From: a virus
Lineage: Duplodnaviria > Caudoviricetes
Virus record (IMG/VR): IMGVR_UViG_3300032218_003147
Location: 1 to 50,728 of that record
Length of the DNA: 50,728 bases
Strand: one strand, 5' to 3'
Shown here: one piece after another, positions 18,215-28,045 of the stretch
Layout: each line of letters opens with the position of its first letter
Position numbering within the stretch: the stretch's first letter is position 1
Made by a program: the position numbers and the translations under genes
Notes under the pieces: generated by a model
Database searches by the model: none
Told to the model about the DNA's origin: nothing
Seen by the model: only the letters and a program-made list of their open reading frames with translations

Positions 18215-19264
18215 ATGAATATCAAGAAAAAGATCGCCCTTGCTACTGCTGCAGCTCTAGCAACATTTGGCATCTCGGCAGCAAGTGCAGCACCACTTTC
18301 GGTGTCTGTAAACTCTGTTCCGAATGTAACAACTTCTGCAGCACCAAGCACTGTATTAGTGCCTTCAACTAATGTAATTGATGCAGGTCATACTGTTTCT
18401 ATTTCAGCAACAGCGGACAATGGAACATCAGTTACATTTACTGCATCGCCAACTGTAAAATTGGTATCTGCACTTAATACTGTAGATGCTCCAAAAACAG
18501 TAACAAGTGGAACATCTTCTGTAAGTGTAGTAAGTAATGGATCAGCAGTTTATGCTTATGCTTATACAACTTCAACTGCAGTAGGTTCAATTACTGTAAC
18601 AAATGGTGCATATTCAACAATCGTTTATGTACAAGGTATTGCTGGATTGGCAGCAAACATTAGTTTGTCTGTACCATCTGCAACAGCAGTAGGAACAGTT
18701 CCAACAATTTCAGCATCCGCAACAGATGCATTTGGTAATCCAGTTGGTTCAGAATCAATTTCTGTAACTTTAATTGGTTCAACATTTACTGGTGGTGCAA
18801 TTACTTCTTCAATCGTAACATCATCAGCAACATCTGCTCCAGGAGTGTCACCAGTGACAGTACTTGGAACAGGAACAGCAACACTTACTACAGCAGTAGC
18901 AGGAACTGTAACTGTAGTTGCAACAGATGCATCAATTGGTGTAGCACCAGCAGGACTTCCTGATTCAGTTAAGTCTGCTATTGCAACATTTGTTGTTTCA
19001 GATCTTTCTGCAACAATTACACAATTAAAGGCTCAGCTTTTAATTGAAAAGGCTGGTCGTACAGCAGACAAAGCAGCAGCAGATAAGGCTTTAGCAGATG
19101 AAAAAGCTGCTCATGCAGCAGATCTTGCAAAGGCATCATCAGATGCAGTATCAGTAAAGGCATCATCAGATGCAGCATTTGCTAAAGCAAATTCTAAATA
19201 TGCAGCACTTGTAAAGCTTTACAACGCTAAAGCTAAAAAGTACAAGTTTGCAGCAACTAAGTAA
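18215..19264 (+). CDS. Exported Ig-like surface protein with Ala/Lys coiled-coil tail
   Basis: Signal peptide MNIKKKIALATAAALA, TDAFGNPV (Big-domain motif), Ser/Thr/Ala-rich. Confidence 0.7.
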   Translation: MNIKKKIALATAAALATFGISAASAAPLSVSVNSVPNVTTSAAPSTVLVPSTNVIDAGHTVSISATADNGTSVTFTASPTVKLVSALNTVDAPKTVTSGTSSVSVVSNGSAVYAYAYTTSTAVGSITVTNGAYSTIVYVQGIAGLAANISLSVPSATAVGTVPTISASATDAFGNPVGSESISVTLIGSTFTGGAITSSIVTSSATSAPGVSPVTVLGTGTATLTTAVAGTVTVVATDASIGVAPAGLPDSVKSAIATFVVSDLSATITQLKAQLLIEKAGRTADKAAADKALADEKAAHAADLAKASSDAVSVKASSDAAFAKANSKYAALVKLYNAKAKKYKFAATK

Positions 19265-19276
19265 ACTAATACAACC

Positions 19277-19308
19277 AAAAGGGCGGAACTTAATTGTTCC
19301 GCCCTTTT
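19277..19308 (+). terminator. Intrinsic (bidirectional-type) terminator
   Basis: AAAAGGGCGGAAC-loop-GTTCCGCCCTTTT. Confidence 0.8.
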
Positions 19309-19338
19309 GATATAATAGTAACAGGAGAGTGATATTAA

Positions 19339-19620
19339 ATGAATCAATTATGGTCATGGTGCTTATCTATAATAGGCGTTTTTGGTATATATCTTACAGG
19401 TCGTAAAAACTGGAGAGGTTATGCTGTAGGCGTTGTCACAGAATGTGCTTGGGTATGGTATAGTATTATAACTAAGCAATGGGGATTTATATTTGGAGCA
19501 ACAATATATATATCAACATATTTATTTAATATAAACAAATGGATTACAGAAGAAAAAACGGGCAAAATTAAAAATATGTTTTATGTTAACCCCATGAATT
19601 ACAATAAAAGGAGCAAATAA
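19339..19620 (+). CDS. Small Trp-rich membrane protein (PnuC-like fragment)
   Basis: Three short TM helices. Confidence 0.55.
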   Translation: MNQLWSWCLSIIGVFGIYLTGRKNWRGYAVGVVTECAWVWYSIITKQWGFIFGATIYISTYLFNINKWITEEKTGKIKNMFYVNPMNYNKRSK

Positions 19621-19860
19621 ATGAGTAGTGTACCACTATCAATGAATCAACTTGAAGAAATTGCTGAAATGGTTTCAAGAGACCTGCTAGAAAAATGGGC
19701 AATTGATGATCGTTTTACAGAAGAAGAAATGGAAAAAGCTGCACAAAATGCAGTAGACGATACCATTTTTATTATTAATAATTTTATGGAACATTTTAAT
19801 AATGTAATGATTCAACAATCAGAATCACAAGAAAACAAGGAATCAAAACTTATTATTTAA
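19621..19860 (+). CDS. Hypothetical protein
   Basis: AGGAG RBS. Confidence 0.6.
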   Translation: MSSVPLSMNQLEEIAEMVSRDLLEKWAIDDRFTEEEMEKAAQNAVDDTIFIINNFMEHFNNVMIQQSESQENKESKLII

Positions 19861-19914
19861 TAAGAATGTATGATAAACTTAGTTTTACTAAGACATTTTT
19901 AAGAGGTGTGACAA

Positions 19915-20295
19915 ATAAAAAATTTATTAAAACGCTTTAGAAATAAAGCAGAAGAGATTTCAGATTTTACTGCAGAAGCTGCAGCACAGCCTTGGTTTAT
20001 TATTTGCCATATCATTTGGTGGCTATGCTGGATAGGATTTAAGGTAGAGCCATTTCCCTATGGCTTACTAACCCTTATAGTATCCTTAGAGGCTATTGTA
20101 CTATCTGGGTTACTCTTATCCTCTGGTAGCCGTGAAGGTGAGCAAGAAAAGAAAATCGCACGTAAAGATCTAAGAATTAGTACTGAGACTAATCTAATGG
20201 TTGAAGAAATGTATGAAATTGTGCGGGATCTACAAGAGGACCTTAGAATAATTAAAAATGATGGAGATAAAGATGAAGACATTAGAAATAATTAA
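19915..20295 (+). CDS. DUF1003-like membrane protein with apparent ATA start (not in ORF track)
   Basis: Open frame KNLLKRF...PWFII.H..WW..W....EPFPYGLLTLIVSLEAIVLS..; GAGGTG RBS 6 nt before ATA; in-frame TGA immediately upstream. Confidence 0.7.
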   Translation: MKNLLKRFRNKAEEISDFTAEAAAQPWFIICHIIWWLCWIGFKVEPFPYGLLTLIVSLEAIVLSGLLLSSGSREGEQEKKIARKDLRISTETNLMVEEMYEIVRDLQEDLRIIKNDGDKDEDIRNN

Positions 20296-20424
20296 TACTA
20301 TTATTCTAACTGCAAATACAATGGCTATTATGGCTATGTCGATATTTGCTCACAATAAATGTAAAAAGAAATAATTAGTCTTAAACAATTTGATAAAAAC
20401 AAACAAATAGGGTATAATAGTAAT

Positions 20425-20958
20425 ATGACTACAACCGCTAAAAACTATACAAAAGGACCAAGAAAGCATGCAATTGACCTAATTGTTATGCATACTATGG
20501 AATCACAAGAAAAAATTGGAACCGCAAAAAGAGTTGCACTATGGTTTGCTGGCAAAACAGCACCACAGGCATCAGCTCACATTACTGTAGATAATAAACA
20601 AATTGTCACAGTTGTTGACGATAAAGATATTGCATGGCATGCTGCTAATTCAGATATAAATCACAGATCCCTTGGGGTTGAATTGGCTGGTATGGCTTCA
20701 CAAACAAAACAAGAATGGGCAGATCCATTTTCTAAAGCCATGCTAGATTTGGCTGCAAAGAAAGTTGCAGATTGGTGTAAGATTTATAATATTCCAGTCG
20801 TTAAGATTACTCCAGCACAGCTTAAAAAGGGTGCTAAGGGCATTTGTGGGCATGTTGATGTTACAAAAGCCTATGATGTTGCAGGTGGTCATACAGATCC
20901 AGGTGCTAATTTTCCTTGGGACTTCTTTATTGGCTTAGTTAAAAAATATCACGGATAA
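20425..20958 (+). CDS. N-acetylmuramoyl-L-alanine amidase (Amidase_2, endolysin)
   Basis: IVMHTME, SAH, AWHA, SLGVE, GHVDV, HTDPG. Confidence 0.9.
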   Translation: MTTTAKNYTKGPRKHAIDLIVMHTMESQEKIGTAKRVALWFAGKTAPQASAHITVDNKQIVTVVDDKDIAWHAANSDINHRSLGVELAGMASQTKQEWADPFSKAMLDLAAKKVADWCKIYNIPVVKITPAQLKKGAKGICGHVDVTKAYDVAGGHTDPGANFPWDFFIGLVKKYHG

Positions 20959-21191
20959 TGTCCGAATCACCAGCTGATATAGTAAAACGATATTATTACA
21001 AATGCATTAATATTGTTGATGAAGTTTGTTATACTGAATGGAAGCATGAAGAATGTAGAATTCTTCGTGAAATATTATTTGAGTTGACGGGCGATGAAAA
21101 GTATCGTACATATGATAGAGTATGGAAATCATCAAATCATATTAATGACATATTAGATAACCTAATAGACGAAGCAGAAAATAAAGAATAA
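20958..21191 (+). CDS. Hypothetical protein
   Basis: Coupled ORF. Confidence 0.55.
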   Translation: MSESPADIVKRYYYKCINIVDEVCYTEWKHEECRILREILFELTGDEKYRTYDRVWKSSNHINDILDNLIDEAENKE

Positions 21192-21424
21192 TGATAACAG
21201 AACCAGAACACAAAACTAAGATATTGCCACTTAGGTGGTTTGCTAATTTCTGCAATCATATTGGAACTCCGCATATTGTGAAAATGTTTGATATGCAAGA
21301 AAATCATGGAATCAGTAATGGTTTTATTTGGAATTACCATTCATTTATCTGGAATTGGACATGGAAAGTTTATCAAAAATGGGGTACTACATATAAAATT
21401 ATGGGATGGGACGCAGATGAATAG
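21191..21424 (+). CDS. Hypothetical protein
   Basis: Coupled ORF. Confidence 0.55.
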   Translation: MITEPEHKTKILPLRWFANFCNHIGTPHIVKMFDMQENHGISNGFIWNYHSFIWNWTWKVYQKWGTTYKIMGWDADE

Positions 21425-21526
21425 TGAATCTAATTTTGATAAAGAATTTGAAGTGGTATTGACAAAAGAGGACTTGAAGGTGTATTATGGTGTATACACC
21501 GACGACGATTTAGATAGGATAGATTA

Positions 21527-22006
21527 ATGCAAACATTCCTTCCATCAAGCAATATTTTATGGTCAGCTATGGAATTAGATAGTAAGCGATTAAATAAACA
21601 AATTCTTGAGGCTTATCAAATACTTAAGACTATATCAACAGGAGCCAAAGCTTGGGGCAATCACCCAGCAGTGTTAATGTGGAAAGGTCATGAGCAAGCA
21701 CTTGCCTCATACGCCCGTACAATGGCTTCAGAAGCCGAAAAACGGGGCATCAAGGTAGATAAGAACCTAGCCAACCTAGATATCTTAGAACATCAATATG
21801 GACATACATGGGGTACTAATATGCCTAAGTGGTTTGATAAAGAATCAATGTCCCGTATTGTAGCTACACATAGAGCTAATCTATATCGCAAAGATCCAAT
21901 ATTTTATGAAGCATATGCCACAGCAGTTACTAGCGAATATAATAAGCCATGCTGCGAAAAGTGCCTATACTTCTGGCCCACACACCCATTAAAGAAGGCA
22001 AAGTAA
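21527..22006 (+). CDS. Pyrimidine-dimer DNA glycosylase-like (MSMEG_6728 family)
   Basis: MQTFLP...LD.KRL.KQ..EA.Q...W.NHPAV.MW.G...H..NL.RKD...Y. Confidence 0.85.
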   Translation: MQTFLPSSNILWSAMELDSKRLNKQILEAYQILKTISTGAKAWGNHPAVLMWKGHEQALASYARTMASEAEKRGIKVDKNLANLDILEHQYGHTWGTNMPKWFDKESMSRIVATHRANLYRKDPIFYEAYATAVTSEYNKPCCEKCLYFWPTHPLKKAK

Positions 22007-22149
22007 TGACACACGAAGAAATATCTAAACTCTTAAAGCAAGAGTCTTATCGTGTATGGGATACCAATAAGGTAATCAAAAATCATGACTATCATGACGG
22101 CCTAGTTAAAGGTCTTGAATTGGCTGCTAAGTTTGTGGCTAAGTTATGA
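22006..22149 (+). CDS. Hypothetical protein
   Basis: TAATG-coupled start. Confidence 0.5.
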   Translation: MTHEEISKLLKQESYRVWDTNKVIKNHDYHDGLVKGLELAAKFVAKL

Positions 22150-22580
22150 TTAAAATTAATATTAAGAAACTTAATGAAAATGCAATCCTGCCTAGTTACG
22201 CTAGACTTGGCGATGCAGGGGCAGATTTATGCTCTATTATTGATGCCACATTAAATCCAGGAGATAGGTTAGCTGTACCTACAGGCTTATCTGTGGCTAT
22301 ACCAGAAGGTTTTGTTGGTCTAGTACACCCTAGATCTGGGTTGGCCTTAAATCATGGCGTAACAGTCTTAAATGCCCCAGGAACTATAGATGCTGGGTAT
22401 CGTGGCGAAATTAAAGTGTTGCTCGTAAACAACGATAAATGGAAAACACATACAATACAAAAAGGTAATAAGATTGCTCAGTTAGTTATACAAAAAGTAG
22501 AGCAGGCTGAATTCTTTGAAGTTGAAGAATTAGATGAAACTGATAGAGGTATTGGCGGATTTGGAAGCACAGGTAAATGA
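22146..22580 (+). CDS. dut: Trimeric dUTPase
   Basis: AGADL, PRSG, GTIDAGYRGE, AQL and RG.GGFGSTG (motifs I-V). Confidence 0.97.
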   Translation: MIKINIKKLNENAILPSYARLGDAGADLCSIIDATLNPGDRLAVPTGLSVAIPEGFVGLVHPRSGLALNHGVTVLNAPGTIDAGYRGEIKVLLVNNDKWKTHTIQKGNKIAQLVIQKVEQAEFFEVEELDETDRGIGGFGSTGK

Positions 22581-22795
22581 GCGAAAAGCAGGAGATAAAA
22601 ATTCATTTTTTTAAAAAGATGAACATTTGGAGATTTAATTTAGAATATGGAAAGTACCAATCTATTGGAACTTCACCAACTTTTAAGGGGATCAAAAAGA
22701 AAGCTTTTGAAATAGCAAATAGCCTCCTATCTTCTGGTGCAATACATATAACATATGATAAAAACAAAAAGACAAAGAATGGATTAAATTTATGA
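22577..22795 (+). CDS. Hypothetical protein
   Basis: Coupled ORF. Confidence 0.5.
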   Translation: MSEKQEIKIHFFKKMNIWRFNLEYGKYQSIGTSPTFKGIKKKAFEIANSLLSSGAIHITYDKNKKTKNGLNL

Positions 22796-23079
22796 AAAAG
22801 AGCAACAACAAAGTTTCACAACATAAAATCAAACGGGCACAAAAAGTTCTTAGCCGTAAACAAAGGCTAGATGCTAAAATTGAAGCGCATGTTGAATGGC
22901 TTTATACTTTAATAATGGCTGGTAAAGAACTTGACATGGAAAAACTTATGTATAAAACTGTAATAAGTAAATTGACGGGAAAACCTGAGCAAGTTCGTAG
23001 AAATGAAAAAACCGTTAAACTAATATTAGCAAAATTAACATCAAAAATAAACCATAACAGAAAGCGAGTACAGCAATGA
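22792..23079 (+). CDS. Basic hypothetical protein
   Basis: Coupled ORF. Confidence 0.55.
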   Translation: MKKSNNKVSQHKIKRAQKVLSRKQRLDAKIEAHVEWLYTLIMAGKELDMEKLMYKTVISKLTGKPEQVRRNEKTVKLILAKLTSKINHNRKRVQQ

Positions 23080-23471
23080 GTAATCCAGTAGTAACTATTA
23101 TAGGTCGCATTGGAACGGATCCAGAACCTATGGGAGAGAATGGTCTCCGATTTAGGGTCGTCACTAGTGACCGCACAAAAAATGATGAGACAGGCACATG
23201 GGAAGATACAAACACTTCTTGGTGGACTGTAAAAGCTTGGAGAAAGCTTGCAGAGCAAGGGCGATCTACCCTTAAAAAAGGGCAGGAAGTTGTAATTGTC
23301 GGGAAGTTCAAAGAAGACAATTGGACTAATCCTACAACAGGAGAAAAACGTACTTCGTATGAAATCAATGCTGATACTATTGCAGTAACAACATATAGCC
23401 TTCAACTGATGCAGTCAATTGAAGATAATATCCCTTCATATAAAACATATGCAGAGGCTATGCGAGCATAA
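23076..23471 (+). CDS. ssb: Single-stranded DNA-binding protein
   Basis: IIGRIGTDPE, W...W.V.AW..LAE....LKKG..V.I.G OB-fold pattern. Confidence 0.9.
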   Translation: MSNPVVTIIGRIGTDPEPMGENGLRFRVVTSDRTKNDETGTWEDTNTSWWTVKAWRKLAEQGRSTLKKGQEVVIVGKFKEDNWTNPTTGEKRTSYEINADTIAVTTYSLQLMQSIEDNIPSYKTYAEAMRA

Positions 23472-23610
23472 TGAGCGAAAAAGAGGACAACATAATCGAT
23501 TTTCAGAGTAAGTCGCAAGAGCGACAAAAATCAGAAATATCTGATGTAGAATTTCAAATGTTTCTTAATGCATTACTTGGACCATATAAAGGTGGAGGGT
23601 ATCAACCAGA

Positions 23611-23931
23611 ATGATAGGATTGTCCATCACTGCAATATACTTCTTCGTAATGTCTGCATATTATTGGAATAAAAGCCGTAACCTAGATAAAAAAGTTTGG
23701 GAGCATTATGAAACTATAACTAAATATAAAGTCATGTTGTCCCAGTACTCTGGAACTATCCAGAATCTTGATATGGACAACAAGGTTCTAAAGGATCAAA
23801 ATCATATGTTGAAAGCTAATTTGGCGGGAGATAATGATTTCCAGTACGAATCTAGCATCAATAAAGCTATGATAGGAACACCCTATATAAACCCTAACAA
23901 TAACCCATTAGGAAAAAATGTCTCAGAATAA
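23611..23931 (+). CDS. Membrane-anchored coiled-coil protein
   Basis: N-terminal TM followed by heptads; GGAGGG upstream. Confidence 0.5.
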   Translation: MIGLSITAIYFFVMSAYYWNKSRNLDKKVWEHYETITKYKVMLSQYSGTIQNLDMDNKVLKDQNHMLKANLAGDNDFQYESSINKAMIGTPYINPNNNPLGKNVSE

Positions 23932-24381
23932 TAGTTGTACACACAAGTTGGTCATACATGACCAAAAACTTGTATGTGATTACTGTAGCGAAACATTTAA
24001 GTTTTAATCCTGCCTACAATATGGTATGATAATTAATATAAAAATACATACTATAGTGAAATATTTATAAGAAAGGAGATCAAAATGTGGACAATTGAAC
24101 TATCAGAAGATGAAAAATTTTGGCAATGCTTTGAAGATGGAAACGCTAGAACATCTTTCTTAGAGCAAATTCAAGCCATTGAATGGTGCGAACTCAACAA
24201 TATTGAATATACCTTAGTAGAACCTAAGTAGTATTATATGAACCATAAATGCTTTAAATGCGGGATTACAGGAGATTTCAACCCAATAGGAGTAACAAGT
24301 ATCTATATATGTGATACATGCCTTAAAAAGCTTCCAGAGGGTTGTATACCTACAAATACTAGGATAGTAGAAAGGTTTTAA

Positions 24382-24636
24382 ATGACATATTGGATAGTGG
24401 ATCAACTATTTAAATGGGAGAAGTTACGCTTGGTTATATTTGATCAAGTACGCTTTTATGACAGAGTAACTAAAATTGTCGACAATTATAATGGAGAAAA
24501 TCCAACTAACAAATACTGGAGAGAAAATGGTCTCTGGTATGGATGGTCATATAATGAAGCTTTCAATAGATACTATTTTTACGATCAAGGCAAAGCCTCA
24601 ATATCAGATTTAATGGATTCTGAAGGCATCCTATAG
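24382..24636 (+). CDS. Hypothetical protein
   Basis: GAAAGG RBS; last plus-strand gene of the block. Confidence 0.55.
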   Translation: MTYWIVDQLFKWEKLRLVIFDQVRFYDRVTKIVDNYNGENPTNKYWRENGLWYGWSYNEAFNRYYFYDQGKASISDLMDSEGIL

Positions 24637-25414
24637 TGGGCGGGAAGTTAAAAATGTTACCAATAATACCCTATATAAGAATACTCATTAAGACAAGACA
24701 TTTACCTAGATATCAAAAGAAAGCTAGAAGAAGATTTCATAGATATATACTATGGACTCTTTTTATCTATAAGTTCGATAGAAAGCATAAGGATCAATAT
24801 CCTTTTTAGAGTAGATTCGCTACGCTCATAATCCCCTCTTTTATTAGATATAAAATATGAATATATGTGGAGGATAATGGAGCGAAATGGTAGATAATGG
24901 AGAATAAATACAGTAGATTTGTCGATAAATCCATATCAACATATGAGATTATACCTGTTTAGTTATAAAGCGTACCATATCAACCTTCGTAATGTCAAAT
25001 CATATTGTGCGTATAAAAAAGTGATAAAAATCACATTATTTTGCACATATTTTGCACAATTTTGATTAAAATCTGCACAATTTTGATCTATTTTGATAAA
25101 ATATCGTGTGAATTAGATCACATCTTCGTAATGTCTACAAAATTAGATATAAATATATGATCGTATACACATATAAGTCCAGCGAATTTATATAGCTCTT
25201 CGTAATGTATATGGAATTAGGATCCAGTGAAAATTCCCGCCTCTTCGTAATGTCTGTTAAATTAAAAATACAGGCCCCCACAGAATATATAATGTGTAAT
25301 TAAATAATTATAATGTAAGGCCCAATTTTTTGATCTATATGTAGATAAAAGAAAACCCCCGCAGCTTGGCTGCGGGGGTGTATAGGATTTAGGTATACAA
25401 TCTACCAACCTACC
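24637..25414. repeat. Repeat-rich non-coding junction
   Basis: CTTCGTAATGT x4, tandem ATTTTG(CACA/AT) repeats and two CRP-type boxes; no ORF of 60 aa or more. Confidence 0.7.
25347..25379 (-). terminator. Intrinsic terminator ending the minus-strand island
   Basis: ACCCCCGCAGC/GCTGCGGGGGT hairpin followed by a T-run on the minus strand. Confidence 0.8.
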
Positions 25415-25708
25415 TTATGATGTAAGATACTCGTTACCGTTAACCTCTCCAAGTTCGGATATCCCTGTTAGACCCAACTCCTGCAGGGATACTTTGAGTA
25501 ACTTACATGTATTTTGTATGTCAACTAAGTTAAGGGGAATCAACTTAGAATCTGCCATGTAAATAATATAATTAGTTAAATACATTAATAGAGATTCATT
25601 GACATATACATTCTCTTTTATCATATGTGTTGCTAGAACTGCTGGAGATATTCTTGAATTCCCCAGTCCTGCTGCTATCTTTTCATGAAGTTTCTGTTCT
25701 GCTATCAT
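25415..25708 (-). CDS. Hypothetical protein
   Basis: Coupled operon, GAGGA RBS. Confidence 0.6.
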   Translation of the reverse strand: MIAEQKLHEKIAAGLGNSRISPAVLATHMIKENVYVNESLLMYLTNYIIYMADSKLIPLNLVDIQNTCKLLKVSLQELGLTGISELGEVNGNEYLTS

Positions 25709-26079
25709 GTAGTTTCCTCTCCACTGGATTCTAGCACATCATCTTGGTACCCGTCAACTTCTAAGGATATAATAAACTGTTTATCCATTAGCCAATCACG
25801 TACATGTTCATTTAAATCTTCAGGTCCGTACTCCAGGGAGAAGACGGGATTGGTCCAGAGTTCATCCCATACATCATCAATAGAATAATCAGGGTTAGCA
25901 ATAGTCTCTGAAGGGTCATCTAAGGACATAGAAGCATATTCAGTTGTAATTACATCCCAGACATATAGCCAGACAAGAGGTAGGCCAACAGGCATTTCCC
26001 CAAGCTTGGAAATCATTTGATCGAGTTCAGCACGTACATCATTTCCACGAACTTTTTCTTGTAGGTCTATATCATTCAT
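25705..26079 (-). CDS. Acidic hypothetical protein
   Basis: Coupled operon. Confidence 0.6.
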   Translation of the reverse strand: MNDIDLQEKVRGNDVRAELDQMISKLGEMPVGLPLVWLYVWDVITTEYASMSLDDPSETIANPDYSIDDVWDELWTNPVFSLEYGPEDLNEHVRDWLMDKQFIISLEVDGYQDDVLESSGEETT

Positions 26080-26347
26080 TGCGAAACCTTTCTTCTAACT
26101 CTAGTAGGATGTCTGATATTGTTTCAACTTTACCTTCTAAATAATGATATGTGGGTGCGTCAAATAAAGGTGAATTTGCAGATAGTTCTTCTTCTAGTTC
26201 ATTCTTCTTATCAATAAGGTGTCGTAGAAATGATTCTATGAAATCAATTGAATATTGATTCTCGCATTCCCCGCAAGTTACATCTGAGTCTTGATATGGT
26301 TGAGATTTACCACATGACATGCACCATGATTCATCATGCATTCCCAT
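26072..26347 (-). CDS. Zinc-finger hypothetical protein
   Basis: CMSC...CGEC. Confidence 0.6.
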   Translation of the reverse strand: MGMHDESWCMSCGKSQPYQDSDVTCGECENQYSIDFIESFLRHLIDKKNELEEELSANSPLFDAPTYHYLEGKVETISDILLELEERFRNE

Positions 26348-26594
26348 TTAGTTCCCCCTTCGCAAACGCAATTGCATATGTAAGTGCATATAGTTCAGCA
26401 TATGTTTCCGTAACGCCTTCCCAATACCTGCGTTCCATAGAGTCCATTGCTTCTTCTGTTTCTTCTTCTTGTTCAACTGCAAGTATTAATTGTGTTTCTG
26501 CTTCAACCATTAATGTCTTAAGGTGACCGTGCATAATATCTGCACCGTCCATTCCTAATTCGATTTGCTTTTGTAGATATGGGTCTAGCGCCAT
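26334..26594 (-). CDS. Hypothetical protein
   Basis: Coupled operon. Confidence 0.6.
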   Translation of the reverse strand: MALDPYLQKQIELGMDGADIMHGHLKTLMVEAETQLILAVEQEEETEEAMDSMERRYWEGVTETYAELYALTYAIAFAKGELNGNA

Positions 26595-27325
26595 TATAAT
26601 TGAACCTTTCTATATTCAGGGACTTTGGTTTCCAAGTATACCTTATGGGTCTGACATTCTGCTACAGCCTCTAGGTCAGCCTCTCCCAGCCAGTGACAGG
26701 CACCGCAGATTTCTCCACAGTCATTCTCTTCGCAGTATTCCATTTGGTCAGTGGCGTCGCAATCACGGCATTGATTATCATACCTAGATTCACTAATCAT
26801 TTCACCTCGTAGGAATTCACATTCTCCACCCCAACCAGTCTCTTCCTCATATGAGTAAGTAAATAGTAAATCAGGATATTGTGCAGACAATTTAGAAATA
26901 GCAGGAAAGACGGGAGACCAAGCAGTATTAAAGTTATAATGAATTACTTTGTTATCGCCATTGTCTGCTTCTTCAAAGTTAGTATCAGGATACTTATCAT
27001 CAGATGATACTGCTACATCCCATTTTGTTCCCCATTCACGAACATTAAATGAATACCAATCATCAGTCTTAAATTTAATCTGTTCATCAAATGGAATGGA
27101 AGAATCAGTTTGCTTGTCATATGCTTCCATGTCTGTTGGTTTAATGATATTCCAGAATGCAAAAATCGGGGAAGGATAAAGAACATCCTTTTTCTCTTGT
27201 TGCATAGTAGTAGTATTCCATGAGTCATGAACCATATGGAATGGTTGGTTTAATTGTTCTTTCATTTTAGTTACAGATTCAGGATTACCTTCTATAGTTA
27301 ATCCGTTATATACCCAGTTTGGCAT
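26594..27325 (-). CDS. DUF1281/YubB ferredoxin-like protein with C-terminal Cys cluster
   Basis: MPNW..N.L.I.G, WY......WGTKWD, FNTAWSP. Confidence 0.8.
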   Translation of the reverse strand: MPNWVYNGLTIEGNPESVTKMKEQLNQPFHMVHDSWNTTTMQQEKKDVLYPSPIFAFWNIIKPTDMEAYDKQTDSSIPFDEQIKFKTDDWYSFNVREWGTKWDVAVSSDDKYPDTNFEEADNGDNKVIHYNFNTAWSPVFPAISKLSAQYPDLLFTYSYEEETGWGGECEFLRGEMISESRYDNQCRDCDATDQMEYCEENDCGEICGACHWLGEADLEAVAECQTHKVYLETKVPEYRKVQL

Positions 27326-27352
27326 TGGAGAGTTTTCTTTCTATTAGTAGGT

Positions 27353-27598
27353 TTAGTTATCAAATACTAAAGAGTCATACAGTTCAGGTTCGCCTGTATC
27401 CTCGTTTTTTGTCCATAAATCTATCTGAAAATTACGGCGATATAATTCAGGCTCGCCGTCTGAAATAGCAAAAATCTCCTGCTCAGAAAGATTATCAAGA
27501 TACTGTGTATTTTTGTCGTAGCCATTATCACCGTCAATTTTAACGGAATATACTTTTGTGAACTCGACTGTATAAACGCTATGTGTTATTTCTGTCAT
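27353..27598 (-). CDS. Hypothetical protein
   Basis: GAAAGG RBS, downstream of a motif promoter. Confidence 0.6.
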   Translation of the reverse strand: MTEITHSVYTVEFTKVYSVKIDGDNGYDKNTQYLDNLSEQEIFAISDGEPELYRRNFQIDLWTKNEDTGEPELYDSLVFDN

Positions 27599-27628
27599 GG
27601 TATTACCTTTCGTTGGGTTGATGTATTC

Positions 27629-27650
27629 ATTATAGCAGACGGGACTGACA
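27629..27650 (-). promoter_or_regulatory. PafBC/RecA-NDp-type promoter
   Basis: TGTCAG-TCCCGTCTGC-TATAAT. Confidence 0.8.
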
Positions 27651-27655
27651 AATGT

Positions 27656-27769
27656 CTAGTCCTCATAAGGGGTTATATTACCAGTCAAGCTATTATAATA
27701 TGCCTCTGATTTACAGGCACAATAATAGATCCCTGGAATATCTGAACATAGCCAATGATGTTTATGCAT
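27656..27769 (-). CDS. Micro-protein (37 aa, His/Cys)
   Basis: MHKHHWLCSDIPGIYYCACK...; tightly packed operon. Confidence 0.5.
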   Translation of the reverse strand: MHKHHWLCSDIPGIYYCACKSEAYYNSLTGNITPYED

Positions 27770-27773
27770 TTAG

Positions 27774-27887
27774 TTATGCTCCCAATCCATCAGATTTGCC
27801 TGTTTCAATACATTCTCTACATACATACCAACCGCCTTCAATAGTAATATAATCAGCTAATCCTTCACATATGCAACATTCATTCAT
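27774..27887 (-). CDS. Micro zinc-finger protein (37 aa)
   Basis: MNECCICEG...VCREC; TAATG coupling. Confidence 0.55.
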   Translation of the reverse strand: MNECCICEGLADYITIEGGWYVCRECIETGKSDGLGA

Positions 27888-28045
27888 TAGTCAAAATACC
27901 CTTCTGCCCATAAGCCTTGGAGAAACTCCTGAGCCTTCCAAAGATTATTATATAGCCAAGGGTCATCATCAGAATTCACGGTAGTTATAGCAGACTGAAT
28001 AGCACTAACCATTTCATCTAAATCATTCATAGCATAACCTAGCAT
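27887..28045 (-). CDS. Small protein (52 aa)
   Basis: MLGYAMNDLDEM...GLWAEGYFD; TAATG coupling on both sides. Confidence 0.6.
   Translation of the reverse strand: MLGYAMNDLDEMVSAIQSAITTVNSDDDPWLYNNLWKAQEFLQGLWAEGYFD

Noticed and set aside
22981-23010. Seventh pseudoknot copy (AACCTGAGCAAGTT)
   Set aside because: Lies inside a CDS and lacks the downstream GCTCA partner strand.
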